A stretch of DNA of 49,219 nucleotides from Dehalococcoidia bacterium (GCA_046497565.1 JAWOFK010000051.1:1-49219); one strand, 5' to 3'. Numbered from the stretch's first letter, positions 7,541-15,951 are shown. A program made the numbers and translations. The notes: generated by a model from the letters alone, not told the origin.

Positions 7541-8065
7541 ATGTCGAAAGTAAAGAATCCCATATTCAAGTGCATGCACAGAGGGGAGAAGGGTTTCACC
7601 CTCATTGAGCTGCTGGTAGTGATTGCCATCCTGGGCGTTATCGCTGCCGTAGTGGCGCTCAATATCGCCGGCTTCTTCGGCCGGGGGACCCTCCAGGCGG
7701 CCAACACCGAGCTGCACCAGGCCCAGACGGCCATCATATCCGCCATGGCGGACGCCGAGACTAACAATATCTTCGCGGGTAATACGACCCCGGATGCTGA
7801 TGGCAACATATTGTGGGCCGGTGAGGAGGGCTGGGTATTGGTCCAGGCCTCCGCCGGGAATTCTACCGACGCCGCTAGTTATGTCTACGGGCCGTTCAGG
7901 GCGGTGTACGCGGTCGATGACACCGGCGCCATAGTCGATGGCTGGTGTTACGATCATGGGTCACCCCCCGCTAACCTCCCCGGCAATCCCTGGGGACCCA
8001 CCATCATCTGGGACGCCGACTTCAGTAACTGGAGGGCAGCCGAGGAGGGCGATTATCCTGCATAA
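7541..8065 (+). CDS. pilA: Type IV major pilin (prepilin-type N-terminal cleavage/methylation domain)
   Basis: 174 aa; RBS AAAGGAG upstream; leader ending KG followed by FTLIELLVVIAILGVIAAV (class III signal, Glu at +5); followed by an intrinsic terminator. Confidence 0.9.
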   Translation: MSKVKNPIFKCMHRGEKGFTLIELLVVIAILGVIAAVVALNIAGFFGRGTLQAANTELHQAQTAIISAMADAETNNIFAGNTTPDADGNILWAGEEGWVLVQASAGNSTDAASYVYGPFRAVYAVDDTGAIVDGWCYDHGSPPANLPGNPWGPTIIWDADFSNWRAAEEGDYPA

Positions 8066-8108
8066 TACCGCTGACAGGTAATCGTCAATCTCTCATCCGA
8101 AACCCAAG

Positions 8109-8147
8109 TCTGGCGGCGAAGGTGACTTCGCCGCCAGAGCTTTTTTT
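8109..8147 (+). terminator. Rho-independent terminator of the pilin gene
   Basis: CTGGCGGCGAAG-GTGA-CTTCGCCGCCAG stem-loop followed by AGCTTTTTTT. Confidence 0.85.
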
Positions 8148-8204
8148 GGTTAGATAGCTGTCGGCAATCAGCAATCAGCCCGCCGCCCCCCACACCTGAA
8201 TTCC

Positions 8205-8348
8205 AAATGCCAAAATCCAAATTACAAATAAAACCCAAATGCCCCAATGTCGAAACTACTTCTCTTTGTCATTTGGACTTTGAGCTTCACTTGACATTTG
8301 AGCTTTGTAATTTGGCATTTCAGGATCTCCCTCTTGCTTTCCCCCTTA
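8205..8348 (-). repeat. 144-bp hairpin element, family A, copy A3 (right inverted repeat of the pilin cassette)
   Basis: Reverse complement equals A2 except for G/A and T/C substitutions. Confidence 0.9.
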
Positions 8349-8399
8349 ACGTAAGGGCTCCCTTGTTCTTTCCCCCCTTAGAGTAAGGGGGAGATTTGG

Positions 8400-8666
8400 C
8401 TAGGTTTTTCGTCCGGTTGAGTCGGGACTCAGAGTTATGGGAGAACGCGAGCGCAATCGCTCCAGGATCCACATGCGGGCAAGGGTGGTGGGTCCAATAC
8501 CGAGTTCCCCGGCCTCGGCCCTGATCTGCTCCCACTTGTCCGCCGGCAGCCGTACCGGGATGACCTTGTCCAGAGGCCTCTTAACCTCTACCTGCACCAC
8601 CTCATCACCCTCATCCCAGGCATCGCCCTTTTCGATGTCTTCTACTGCTCTGCGTAGATCAGTCAT
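8400..8666 (-). CDS. BrnA/CopG-like antitoxin
   Basis: 88 aa; ...VIPVRLPADKWEQIRAEAGELGIGPTTLARMWILERL is a ribbon-helix-helix-type C-terminus; starts 2 nt after the upstream toxin-like ORF. Confidence 0.65.
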   Translation of the reverse strand: MTDLRRAVEDIEKGDAWDEGDEVVQVEVKRPLDKVIPVRLPADKWEQIRAEAGELGIGPTTLARMWILERLRSRSPITLSPDSTGRKT

Positions 8667-8667
8667 A

Positions 8668-8952
8668 TTATCCTCCTGTCATCGCCTTGTTGTAGAGCCG
8701 TCTCTCGCTGTCAGTCATCTCCCTGGCTGTGACTATCCTCCAGTTGCCTCCGCCCACGTTGGCCAGGACTACCAGCACATACCTTCCTGCCATAGTCTGG
8801 CTAAACAGCTTGTATAGGCCTTCCCTGCCTCTTCTGACGTGTCGCCTCTCAGAGAGACAGGCCTCCTCCGCCTCCTCGAGAGAAAGGCCGTGCTTGGCCT
8901 CGATCTTATCGAGAATGTGGTCGTCGATCTCCAGAGCTTCGATACGCAGCAC
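8668..8952 (-). CDS. BrnT-like (DUF497-type) toxin
   Basis: 94 aa, GTG start; ...KHGLSLEEAEEA...GRYVLVVLANVGGGNWRIVTAREMTDSERRLYNK resembles the BrnT C-terminal pattern (i.SAR.at..Er..Y). Confidence 0.55.
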   Translation of the reverse strand: MLRIEALEIDDHILDKIEAKHGLSLEEAEEACLSERRHVRRGREGLYKLFSQTMAGRYVLVVLANVGGGNWRIVTAREMTDSERRLYNKAMTGG

Positions 8953-8975
8953 TGACCATCTCCCTACCGTATACT

Positions 8976-9004
8976 ATTGTATAGGAAATGTATACTGCTG
9001 TCAA
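8976..9004 (-). promoter_or_regulatory. Putative promoter/operator of the brnT-brnA-like pair
   Basis: On the - strand TTGACA-N17-TACAAT; the spacer and -10 region carry GTATAC ... GTATA ... GTATAC palindromic boxes. Confidence 0.5.
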
Positions 9005-9014
9005 TCAGAGAAAA

Positions 9015-9108
9015 TAGCGGTCAGCAATCAGCGGTCAGAGAAGATAGCTATCAGCGGTCAGCAGTCAGCAATCAGCAATCAGCAATCAGCTATGAGCTAT
9101 CAGCGATC
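9015..9108 (-). repeat. Heptanucleotide tandem array (reverse orientation, NRTCAGC)
   Basis: ...GGTCAGC AATCAGC GGTCAGA ... TATCAGC GGTCAGC AGTCAGC AATCAGC AATCAGC AATCAGC TATGAGC TATCAGC. Confidence 0.85.
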
Positions 9109-9207
9109 TGTTTTCCCCCTTAGAGTAAGGGGGATTCAAGGGGGTTACTTCAATAATCTTCATAACTCCCCCTAACCCCCTCTTACCTTAAGAGGGGGAG
9201 CAAGTGG

Positions 9208-9253
9208 ATCAGGGGTCAGCGGTCAGCTATCAGCTATCAGCGGTCAGCAATCG
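9208..9253 (-). repeat. Heptanucleotide tandem array (reverse orientation)
   Basis: GGTCAGC GGTCAGC TATCAGC TATCAGC GGTCAGC AATCGG. Confidence 0.85.
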
Positions 9254-9317
9254 GATATGCCTCACCACTACCACCTGGATTGCCGCAGGGCTTCGCCCTT
9301 CGCAAAGACGAGGGGGA

Positions 9318-9394
9318 TTAGCGGTCGGTAAAAAGCTATCAGCGGTCAGCGGTCAGCGATCAGCTATCAGCGATCAGGAATCGGCAGTCAGCAG
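9318..9394 (-). repeat. Heptanucleotide tandem array (reverse orientation)
   Basis: TATCAGC GGTCAGC GGTCAGC GATCAGC TATCAGC GATCAGG AATCGGC AGTCAGC. Confidence 0.85.
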
Positions 9395-9482
9395 ATAACC
9401 CCCCTGAATCCCCCCTTACGTTAAGGGGGACATTAAGAGGGAGCCCTTGCTCTAAGGGGGAGATTGGAAGAAACCCCCTTTT

Positions 9483-9576
9483 GTCATTGCGAAGGGCGTT
9501 AGCCCTGAAGCAACCTCGGTGGGGTGGCAACAGCAAAGGGATTGCCGCGTCCCGACAAGTCGGGACTCGCAATGAC
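9483..9576. repeat. Gene-less MITE-like palindromic unit
   Basis: GTCATTGCGAAGGGCGTTAGCCCTGAAGCAACCTC-GGTGGGGTGGCAACAGCAAAG-GGATTGCCGCGTCCCGACAAGTCGGGACTCGCAATGAC; near-identical to 10262-10355. Confidence 0.8.
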
Positions 9577-9638
9577 AGGAGGGATGCATCGGGACTCGCA
9601 ATGACAAGAGGTGGCTCGCAATGACACACCGCTGACCT

Positions 9639-10024
9639 GTCATTGCGAGGAGCCCCGATAGATCGGGGCGACGAAGCAATCTCTGGTACAATACTGGCAG
9701 TGAACAAGCAATACTACGTCTACATAATGACAAACAACAGGAACACCGTGCTTTACGTGGGGGTCACCGGCGACTTACTAAAGAGAGCCTACGAGCATAA
9801 GGCGAAGCTCGTTGAGGGGTTCACCAAGAAGTACAACATCGTCAAACTTGTATACTACGAGGTCTGTGAGGATATAGAGAGTGCGATTTTGAGGGAGAAG
9901 CAGATAAAGGCTGGGTCGAGGCAGAAGAAGATGCAGTTGATTGATAGTGCAAACACAGAATGGCGTGACCTGTATGACCAGTTATGAGATTGCCGCGTCC
10001 CGACAAGTCGGGACTCGCAACGAC
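9639..10024 (+). mobile_element. Candidate GIY-YIG-encoding palindromic element (inverted arms flanking the nuclease gene)
   Basis: Left arm 9639-9683 and right arm 9986-10024 are inverted copies: outer GTCATTGCGAG / CTCGCAACGAC, inner GCAATCTC / GAGATTGC, each with its own hairpin. The same arms form gene-less units elsewhere. Confidence 0.45.
9700..9987 (+). CDS. GIY-YIG nuclease family protein (small stand-alone type)
   Basis: 95 aa from the in-frame GTG at 9700; YYVYIMTNNRNTVLYVGVTGDL...YEHK...KLVYYE...AILREKQIKAGSRQKK is the GIY-YIG signature. The track ORF start at 9643 lies inside the repeat arm. Confidence 0.85.
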   Translation: MNKQYYVYIMTNNRNTVLYVGVTGDLLKRAYEHKAKLVEGFTKKYNIVKLVYYEVCEDIESAILREKQIKAGSRQKKMQLIDSANTEWRDLYDQL

Positions 10025-10027
10025 AGA

Positions 10028-10161
10028 AGCATTGGGGGCAGAGCACTGGGGGCTACGCCCCCAGACCCCCGATTTCACGAGCATTGGGGGCAGAGCACTG
10101 GGGGCTACGCCCCCAGACCCCCGGACAGGAGCACTGGGGGCTTCGCCCCCAAGCCCCCGAC
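10028..10161 (+). repeat. 52-bp tandem repeat (about 2.5 units)
   Basis: Same units as 2321-2455 and 6650-6907. Confidence 0.85.
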
Positions 10162-10261
10162 TGGAGAGGCATTTATAACCCCCTGTGTCCCCCTTACATT
10201 AAGGGGGGAGATTAAGAGGGAGCCCTTGCTCTAAGGGGGAGATTGGAAGAAACCCCCTTTT

Positions 10262-10355
10262 GTCATTGCGAAGGGCGTTAGCCCTGAAGCAATCTCGGTG
10301 GGGTGGCAACAGCAAAGAGATTGCCGCGTCCCGACAAGTCGGGACTCGCAATGAC
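10262..10355. repeat. Gene-less MITE-like palindromic unit
   Basis: GTCATTGCGAAGGGCGTTAGCCCTGAAGCAATCTC-loop-GAGATTGCCGCGTCCCGACAAGTCGGGACTCGCAATGAC. Confidence 0.8.
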
Positions 10356-10385
10356 AGTAGGGTGGGGCGGGCGTGGGAGGCTCTG

Positions 10386-11465
10386 CTATCTTCCCGAATA
10401 TACCGTCACCCTGCCGATGAGCTTTTCCACTTCCTTCTGGTCGCAGCAGAAACCGAGCAGCGTTTCACCGCTGATGATTCCTCTGAGGTAGAGGCTGACC
10501 AGGGCTTCGTCCATGGAAATCATTCCTATGTCCCGGTGGGTACGGATTACATTGGGCAGCTGGTAGATTTTGCCCTCGCGGATGAGGGCCTTGACCGGCG
10601 GATTGCCGAGCATAATCTCCACGGCAGCTACTCTACCCGAGCCGTCGGCCCTGGGCACCAGCGCCTGGCACAGCACAGCCACCAGCAGAGAAGCCAGCCG
10701 TGATTGAGCCAGGTGGCGCTGATGGGGCGGGAACAAATCGATTATCCTCTCCATGGCCTGAGTAGCGCTGGGGGCATGACCGGTGGTCAGTATGAAGTGC
10801 CCGGTCTCCGCCAGCGTAAGCACGGCATCGGCGGTGTCCGGATCTCTCATCTCACCCAGGAGAATCACGTCCGGGTCCTGCCTCAAGATATGCTTGAGGG
10901 CATTGGCAAAGGACAGGGTATCGCTGCCCAGCTGCCGCTGGGTCACCGCACATTTGCGGCTGGCGTGAACATATTCTATAGGGTCCTCGACGGTGACCAC
11001 ATGACGGGTCTCGTTGAAATTGAGGTGCTGAATCATAGCGGCCATGGTGGTAGTCTTACCGCTGCCGGTAGGTCCCGTTACTATCACCAGTCCCCGCGGC
11101 CTCATTATCAGCTCCTTGCATATGGCGGGCAGCGCCAGCTCATCTATGGTGGGGATTTTGGGCGGCAGCAGGCGGATAGCAAGGCTGATAGACCCCTGTT
11201 GCTGGGCGGCATTGCAGCGCAGCCGACCGACACCGGCCAGGGTATAACCGAAATCGAGCTCCAGATGGCGATGAAAGTGTTCCCTCTCCTCGGGCGTGGT
11301 TATCTGGAGAAAGGCCTCGTTCACCTCCTCAGAAGTGAGTGGAGTGATACCATTTGCCGTTTCCAGGGAGCCATTGATGCGGAACATGGCCGGGCTGGCC
11401 ACCACCATGTGCAGGTCGGAGGCGTCCCTTGACTTGCCTTGACGAAGTAATGCAAAAACGTCCAT
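10386..11465 (-). CDS. pilT: Type IV pilus retraction ATPase PilT
   Basis: 359 aa; ASDLHM, Walker A GPTGSGKTTT, Asp box VTVEDPIEY, Walker B ILLGEMRD, His box TGH...T; typical PilT length. Confidence 0.9.
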   Translation of the reverse strand: MDVFALLRQGKSRDASDLHMVVASPAMFRINGSLETANGITPLTSEEVNEAFLQITTPEEREHFHRHLELDFGYTLAGVGRLRCNAAQQQGSISLAIRLLPPKIPTIDELALPAICKELIMRPRGLVIVTGPTGSGKTTTMAAMIQHLNFNETRHVVTVEDPIEYVHASRKCAVTQRQLGSDTLSFANALKHILRQDPDVILLGEMRDPDTADAVLTLAETGHFILTTGHAPSATQAMERIIDLFPPHQRHLAQSRLASLLVAVLCQALVPRADGSGRVAAVEIMLGNPPVKALIREGKIYQLPNVIRTHRDIGMISMDEALVSLYLRGIISGETLLGFCCDQKEVEKLIGRVTVYSGR

Positions 11466-11607
11466 TTCTGTGCCTCCCTTTATCTCATTAAGTCAAACAC
11501 ATAGTGTTATCTCTGTCAATTCGAAGCCCTGCTCCTCACGCAGATTGCTTCGCCCCGACAGGTCGGGGCTCGCAAAGATATCCATACTATCCTTTCCATA
11601 AATCATC

Positions 11608-13023
11608 TTACTTCGTTAATGAAATACTGAATGACCCGGCCTCGCTGACGGAGGGTATCCAGACCACGGAGAATCTGCCGCTATTTCTCAGCGCCCGGGC
11701 GTAAGCATATGCTGCATCCACAGTGGGACCCGACCCGCTCAGCGACACCGAGCCGCCCGAATGACCGACGCTGCTCAAGGTGACCCTCTCTCCGGCCAGC
11801 CTGTAAATCTCCTGCAAATCTTCATGCATCGTAGCACGGTCCCGCTGAAGCGCGGTAATCGTGTCATGGAGCGTATCGCCGATTTCTTCTGTCGACGTAA
11901 CCTCCGCTCTCAACGCCGTTACATCCCTCTGCTGTTGGGTAACACGGCTTTCGGCAGTTGTCACTGCGGGACGCAATTCCTCTATCCTGGCGCGATTGTG
12001 CAGGACAAGAACTCCGCCCAGGACAACCAGGCCGATGCCGATGACGATACCGACGGGGATAAGGACGCGGGCTATGGAAAAACTGGGAGGTATGTAGGCT
12101 TCGGGCAGGGCATTGAAGTTCACCAACGAGGAATCGGTCGCTTCCTTTTCCAGCGGCAATTCCTTGAGCGCCAGGCCTATATTGACCATGAACTCGTTGG
12201 GGTTGAAGCCCTCGGGGGCTGCCACAGGCGACGGCAGAGGTGACACGGAGTAGCCCGTTTCGCCGACCAGCGCAGGCCACGTCTCCGGTGCTTCTGCCAG
12301 GTCGCCGCAGATAAGGACGGGCACAGATGAGTCGAGCGGCCTTTCCAGGTGGGTGGAATTGTAGAAGGTGACGGTCCTGGTGAACTCCTCGGCGATAAAC
12401 GGCAGTTTGTCCTCCAGCGATTCAACCTCCCCGGGCAGGGACAGGGTACGGATTACCTCGGGAATCCTGTCTGATATAACCATAACATCAAAGTGCTCTA
12501 ACCTGACATTCACCACAATGGCCCGGGGCTGGTTGGGGATGCGGCATACTGCCAGGGGAGCCAGGTCCATAAAATATGGCTTAACACCGGCCTGATGCAG
12601 TGTTCTAACCAGAGCATCGGTCAGATTACGGGGGAAGGTGGCCAGGAAGAAGCGTCTTTCCTTGGTAGCGGGAATGCTCTGGTAGGAGAAGTAGACCTCT
12701 TCCAGACGTGTGGGCATCGTTCTCTGTGCCTCACGCCTTACCGCCTCGGGGAGTACCGCTTCCGGCAAATCGGGCAGGGTTATGATGCGGTACAGCGAAT
12801 CGAACCCGCTCAAGCCGGCGGTAACCTTCTTCGGCTGCACTCCAGTCTCCTTGAACAGCTGCTTAACCCTGTCGGCCACCTGCTCCTCATCGACGATGAG
12901 CCCCTGTCTGACCAATCCCGGTTCCAGAGGCAGGCTGGCCCACTTATCCACCTGCTTGCCCTTCATGACCAGCAGATTGATGCCGGTATCGGTAATGTAG
13001 AGAGTCGTAGCTTTCTTAGCCAT
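11608..13023 (-). CDS. pilM: PilM-PilN fusion, type IV pilus assembly protein
   Basis: 471 aa; actin-like PilM N-terminal ~300 aa, one TM helix (VLIPVGIVIGIGLVVLGGVLVL), then a coiled-coil PilN-like C-terminus; stop lies 2 nt from the pilO start. Confidence 0.75.
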   Translation of the reverse strand: MAKKATTLYITDTGINLLVMKGKQVDKWASLPLEPGLVRQGLIVDEEQVADRVKQLFKETGVQPKKVTAGLSGFDSLYRIITLPDLPEAVLPEAVRREAQRTMPTRLEEVYFSYQSIPATKERRFFLATFPRNLTDALVRTLHQAGVKPYFMDLAPLAVCRIPNQPRAIVVNVRLEHFDVMVISDRIPEVIRTLSLPGEVESLEDKLPFIAEEFTRTVTFYNSTHLERPLDSSVPVLICGDLAEAPETWPALVGETGYSVSPLPSPVAAPEGFNPNEFMVNIGLALKELPLEKEATDSSLVNFNALPEAYIPPSFSIARVLIPVGIVIGIGLVVLGGVLVLHNRARIEELRPAVTTAESRVTQQQRDVTALRAEVTSTEEIGDTLHDTITALQRDRATMHEDLQEIYRLAGERVTLSSVGHSGGSVSLSGSGPTVDAAYAYARALRNSGRFSVVWIPSVSEAGSFSISLTK

Positions 13024-13025
13024 AC

Positions 13026-13550
13026 TTATTCACCTTTATAGGCGTAAATGGTCACCGAGATGGTGGCGCTTCCGCCGCCCATGCTCACCGAGTTCACCCG
13101 GGTGCTGGCAAATCTGGGGTCGGTCCTTATGGTCTGGATGAACTCAAATATGTTATCCCGTGTCCCGCTGATGGGCAGTGAGAGAGTGACAACGGAATAG
13201 GTAACCGGCCCTACTTGTGAGTTGGTCGGTCTGGGAAAGCTCAGACCGGACAGGGTCACGTTACACTTGCGGGCAATGTCAAAGATATGCTCGCCGTATT
13301 CAATGCTGTGGATTGTCTCAGGGTATCTTGCCCGGTTCGTGGCCACGGCCGACCTGGCCCGAGCCAGGTCGTTTTCCAGTTCCTGTTTGTCGGCAATGAG
13401 TCCGGGCAGGCGGGTCTGAGCAACCGCCAGCCTGTCTTCCAGCTGTCCCAGTTCTTCCACCTGCCTGAAGTAGGTCGAGGCCAGAACGGCGATGAGGATA
13501 ACAATAACGCCGATTCCTACGATCAGCCAGACTTTCCTGCTCAATCTCAT
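13026..13550 (-). CDS. pilO: PilO-like type IV pilus assembly protein
   Basis: 174 aa; N-terminal TM helix, coiled coil, then a ferredoxin-like C-terminal region; position after pilMN. Confidence 0.65.
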   Translation of the reverse strand: MRLSRKVWLIVGIGVIVILIAVLASTYFRQVEELGQLEDRLAVAQTRLPGLIADKQELENDLARARSAVATNRARYPETIHSIEYGEHIFDIARKCNVTLSGLSFPRPTNSQVGPVTYSVVTLSLPISGTRDNIFEFIQTIRTDPRFASTRVNSVSMGGGSATISVTIYAYKGE

Positions 13551-13581
13551 TAGCTAATTCGCTCCACTCGCACGAGATATC

Positions 13582-13629
13582 AGTATAGCACGGCGGACTA
13601 CCCTGTCAATAGGCCAACGGTAATGGGAG
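13582..13629 (-). promoter_or_regulatory. Putative sigma70-type promoter of pilO-pilMN
   Basis: - strand: CTCCCATTAC-N10-TTGACA-N16-TATACT (plus-strand TGTCAA 13604-13609, AGTATA 13582-13587). Confidence 0.6.
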
Positions 13630-13640
13630 GTTAGTATAGA

Positions 13641-13789
13641 ATGCCAAATGACAAAATCCAAATTACAAATAAAACCCAAATGCCCCAATGTCAAAACTAC
13701 TTCTCCTTGTCATTTGGACTTTGAGCTTCACTTGACATTTGAGCTTTGTAATTTGGCATTTCAGGATCTCCCTCTTGCTTTCCCCCTTA
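13641..13789 (-). repeat. Hairpin element family A, copy A4
   Basis: Same as A3 with a 7-nt insertion and a few substitutions; lies directly upstream (gene sense) of the pilO promoter. Confidence 0.85.
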
Positions 13790-13812
13790 ACGTAAGGGGG
13801 ATTTAAGGGGGT

Positions 13813-13937
13813 ACCTGCTGATTGCTGACTGCTGACCGCTGACTGCTTCGTAGTAAGGGGGATGCAGGGATTACCTGCTGACGGCTGATTGCTGATAGCT
13901 GATAGCTACTTTCTCTGAGTGCCGAACGCTGATTGCT
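13813..13937 (+). repeat. Two heptanucleotide arrays separated by a CCCCCTTA-type hairpin
   Basis: CCTGCTGATTGCTGACTGCTGACCGCTGACTGC ... CCTGCTGACGGCTGATTGCTGATAGCTGATAGCT. Confidence 0.8.
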
Positions 13938-14010
13938 TTGATGCAACGGGGATTCCAGGGGGGTAAACGAATCACAGTAAATCGGGCCTTCCTTCACGAT
14001 TGAAATGTGT

Positions 14011-14037
14011 CGGGGCGGCACGTATCGTGCCGCCCCG
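14011..14037 (-). terminator. Stem-loop downstream of the PilX-like gene (possible terminator)
   Basis: CGGGGCGGCACG-ATA-CGTGCCGCCCCG, a perfect 12-bp stem 20 nt after the stop; only a weak T-tract follows on the - strand. Confidence 0.45.
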
Positions 14038-14056
14038 AACCGAGGCTCCGGAAACC

Positions 14057-15076
14057 CTAATCAGACTCCGGATTAATGAGGTATATCGTCACCGCCCAGT
14101 CGGTCCAGCCGCCCTCACCTGATCCTGTCCAAATAAGCGGACACTCACAACAGATCCCCTCGCTGTAACATCCCCCCTCCTGGTTCCAGCAGCACATAGG
14201 GCACTCAACAAAGGGGTCGGCGTACGCGTTGTTATAGATGTAGCCGCCCTGATCATCATTTACTGTAAGCTCTCCGCCGACACACACAGTGCCACCCTCA
14301 ATCTTGTCCACTGTCGTGTCTCCCTCAACACAGACCTTAGCTTCATTCTCAATACCGTTGCCGGAACCCACGCCTATAAGGTTTCCCTCAACGTAAACCT
14401 GGACACCGTCCTCACTACAGTGTCCTATATAGAGGTCCCCACCGACACAGACGATAGCCGTATCCTCGATGTTACCGAAACCAGACATTATCAAGTCTCC
14501 CTGGACATACACCTCGACGTCATCACCTTCAATATTCCTGTCTACTGTCAGGTTACCTCCAACATACACCTTGGCCTCCCCTTCGATACTCCCGGTCACG
14601 TGAAGGTTCCCATCCGTATGATACTCATAGTCGAGACTGCCCTCTATTGTTTCATCTTCAACAGTTTCCTCTGTGGCCTCGACATATGACAGTATTGTGG
14701 TACTGCTGCCATCAGCGCTGGCGGTAGAGGTAATCCTGAACACTCCCTCGCCCAGGTAATCTATCGTGACCTGAACGCCTTTGCCATTGACTTCGGATAT
14801 CGTGTAATTGTGGCTCCATGCGGTATCTGCACACTCTCCGTGTCCCAGTCCGGATACGTCGGGGTTCATCAGCTTCCAGATGGCGTCCTCAACGCCGGCG
14901 TCCGCGGCATAAAGCTCGGCCGCCTTTTTCTCGTAGACCTGTCCCGATGCGAGCCCGGTGCTCATCAGACCCAGCAAGGGAGCTAATACCAGGCCGCCCA
15001 CGACAAGCAGAACGAGCACAAGGACGAGCACCTTCCCCGTTTGACTTTTTAGCATTTCCTTCACGGTGGTTTTCAT
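14057..15076 (-). CDS. PilX-N-like pilus-associated protein with beta-helix repeats and Cys-rich C-terminus (paralog 1)
   Basis: 339 aa; N-terminal TM helix plus GQVYEKKAAELYAADAGVEDAIWKL (resembles the PilX N-terminal domain). The centre has ~18-aa repeats VYV.G.L.v...IE... (bactofilin-like). The tail is ECPMCCWNQEGGCYSEGICCECP. Confidence 0.7.
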   Translation of the reverse strand: MKTTVKEMLKSQTGKVLVLVLVLLVVGGLVLAPLLGLMSTGLASGQVYEKKAAELYAADAGVEDAIWKLMNPDVSGLGHGECADTAWSHNYTISEVNGKGVQVTIDYLGEGVFRITSTASADGSSTTILSYVEATEETVEDETIEGSLDYEYHTDGNLHVTGSIEGEAKVYVGGNLTVDRNIEGDDVEVYVQGDLIMSGFGNIEDTAIVCVGGDLYIGHCSEDGVQVYVEGNLIGVGSGNGIENEAKVCVEGDTTVDKIEGGTVCVGGELTVNDDQGGYIYNNAYADPFVECPMCCWNQEGGCYSEGICCECPLIWTGSGEGGWTDWAVTIYLINPESD

Positions 15077-15103
15077 GACATCACCTCCCTCTTGTATAAC
15101 ACC

Positions 15104-15151
15104 AGTATAAGGGATTCGTGTGGAGGGTCAATCACCCGTGAGTAATGGGAG
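15104..15151 (-). promoter_or_regulatory. Putative sigma70-type promoter of PilX-like paralog 1
   Basis: - strand: CTCCCATTAC-TCACGGGTGA-TTGACC-N16-TATACT; the upstream half is nearly identical to the pilin promoter (ATTACCCATGGGTGATTGACG). Confidence 0.6.
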
Positions 15152-15162
15152 ATTGGTACTAT

Positions 15163-15214
15163 AATCAGCGGTCAGCTATCAGCGGTCAGGAATTAGCGGT
15201 CAGCTATCAGCGAT
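15163..15214 (-). repeat. Heptanucleotide tandem array (reverse orientation)
   Basis: AATCAGC GGTCAGC TATCAGC GGTCAGG AATTAGC GGTCAGC TATCAGC. Confidence 0.85.
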
Positions 15215-15450
15215 CTGTTTTCCCCCTTAGAGTAAGGGGGACTTAAGGGGGTTATGAATCCTGTGAGCTAAATTCCAAATGACAAAATCCAAATGACAAA
15301 TAGGGCACGAGGCTAAAGCCTCGAACTACATCTGCTGACTGCTGTTTGCCTTTAGTAAGGGGGATTTAGGGGGTTACTTCAATAATTCTTCGTAACTCCC
15401 CCTAACCCCCTCTTATCCTAAGAGGGGGAAAGAACTAGCGGTCAGCGGCC

Positions 15451-15596
15451 GGATTTCCTCTCCCTCGACGGGAATCCCCTCTCCACTTGCTGGAGAGGGC
15501 CAGGGTGAGGCAAGGTGAGGGTGACCTCAATATACCCCCTCACTCTAACTCTCTCCCGCCAGGGGAGAGAGGACTTGACCGGAACCTGGCGATCTC
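15451..15596 (+). repeat. Dispersed repeat family F (GGTGAGGGTGA ... CTCTCTCCCGCCAGGGGAGAGAG)
   Basis: Core AAGGTGAGGGTGACCTCAATATACCCCCTCACTCTAACTCTCTCCCGCCAGGGGAGAGA is shared with 19068-19216. Confidence 0.85.
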
Positions 15597-15951
15597 TGGC
15601 GGTCGGGAATGGAATAGCTGATAGCTGAGGGCTGAGGGCTTGTATGCTTGGGAGAACGGGGGGCAAGGGGCTTTCCTGCTGAACGCTGACCGCTGTCTGC
15701 CGACTGCTAATTGCTGATTGCTTTGAAGTAAGGGAGACCAAAGGGGAGCTATGCGTGCAGGCGATGATGAGGCTCCCCAGCACCGTCTGTGAATGCCGCA
15801 GTGGCGGAGCATAGCGGGCTTCGAAATCAAAAAACCTGGTAGGCTCGATTGTCTCCGCTGGACCACACAGCTGCGGTTCAGCATCGAGAAGGTGGGGAGT
15901 TCGCCGTCCGCCTATTCCGAAAAATGCCAGAAGCCCGCATCAGGCAAAGCT

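Noticed and set aside
7376-7957. 193-aa and 125-aa ORFs antisense to the pilin gene
   Set aside because: The + strand frame has an unmistakable prepilin signal, an RBS, a promoter and a terminator. The antisense frames have no recognisable features.
2281-10180. Possible CRISPR arrays, suggested by the dense short repeats
   Set aside because: The repeats are head-to-tail (periods 7 and 52 bp) or dispersed palindromes. There are no unique spacers of uniform length between identical repeats, and no cas genes are present in the window.
10704-13041. Long + strand ORFs inside pilT, pilMN and pilO (for example 10704-11432, 11761-12243, 12595-13041); similar antisense ORFs occur inside pilC, pilB, the response regulator and Elp3
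   Set aside because: They are antisense shadows of genes with clear family motifs; none has motifs of its own.
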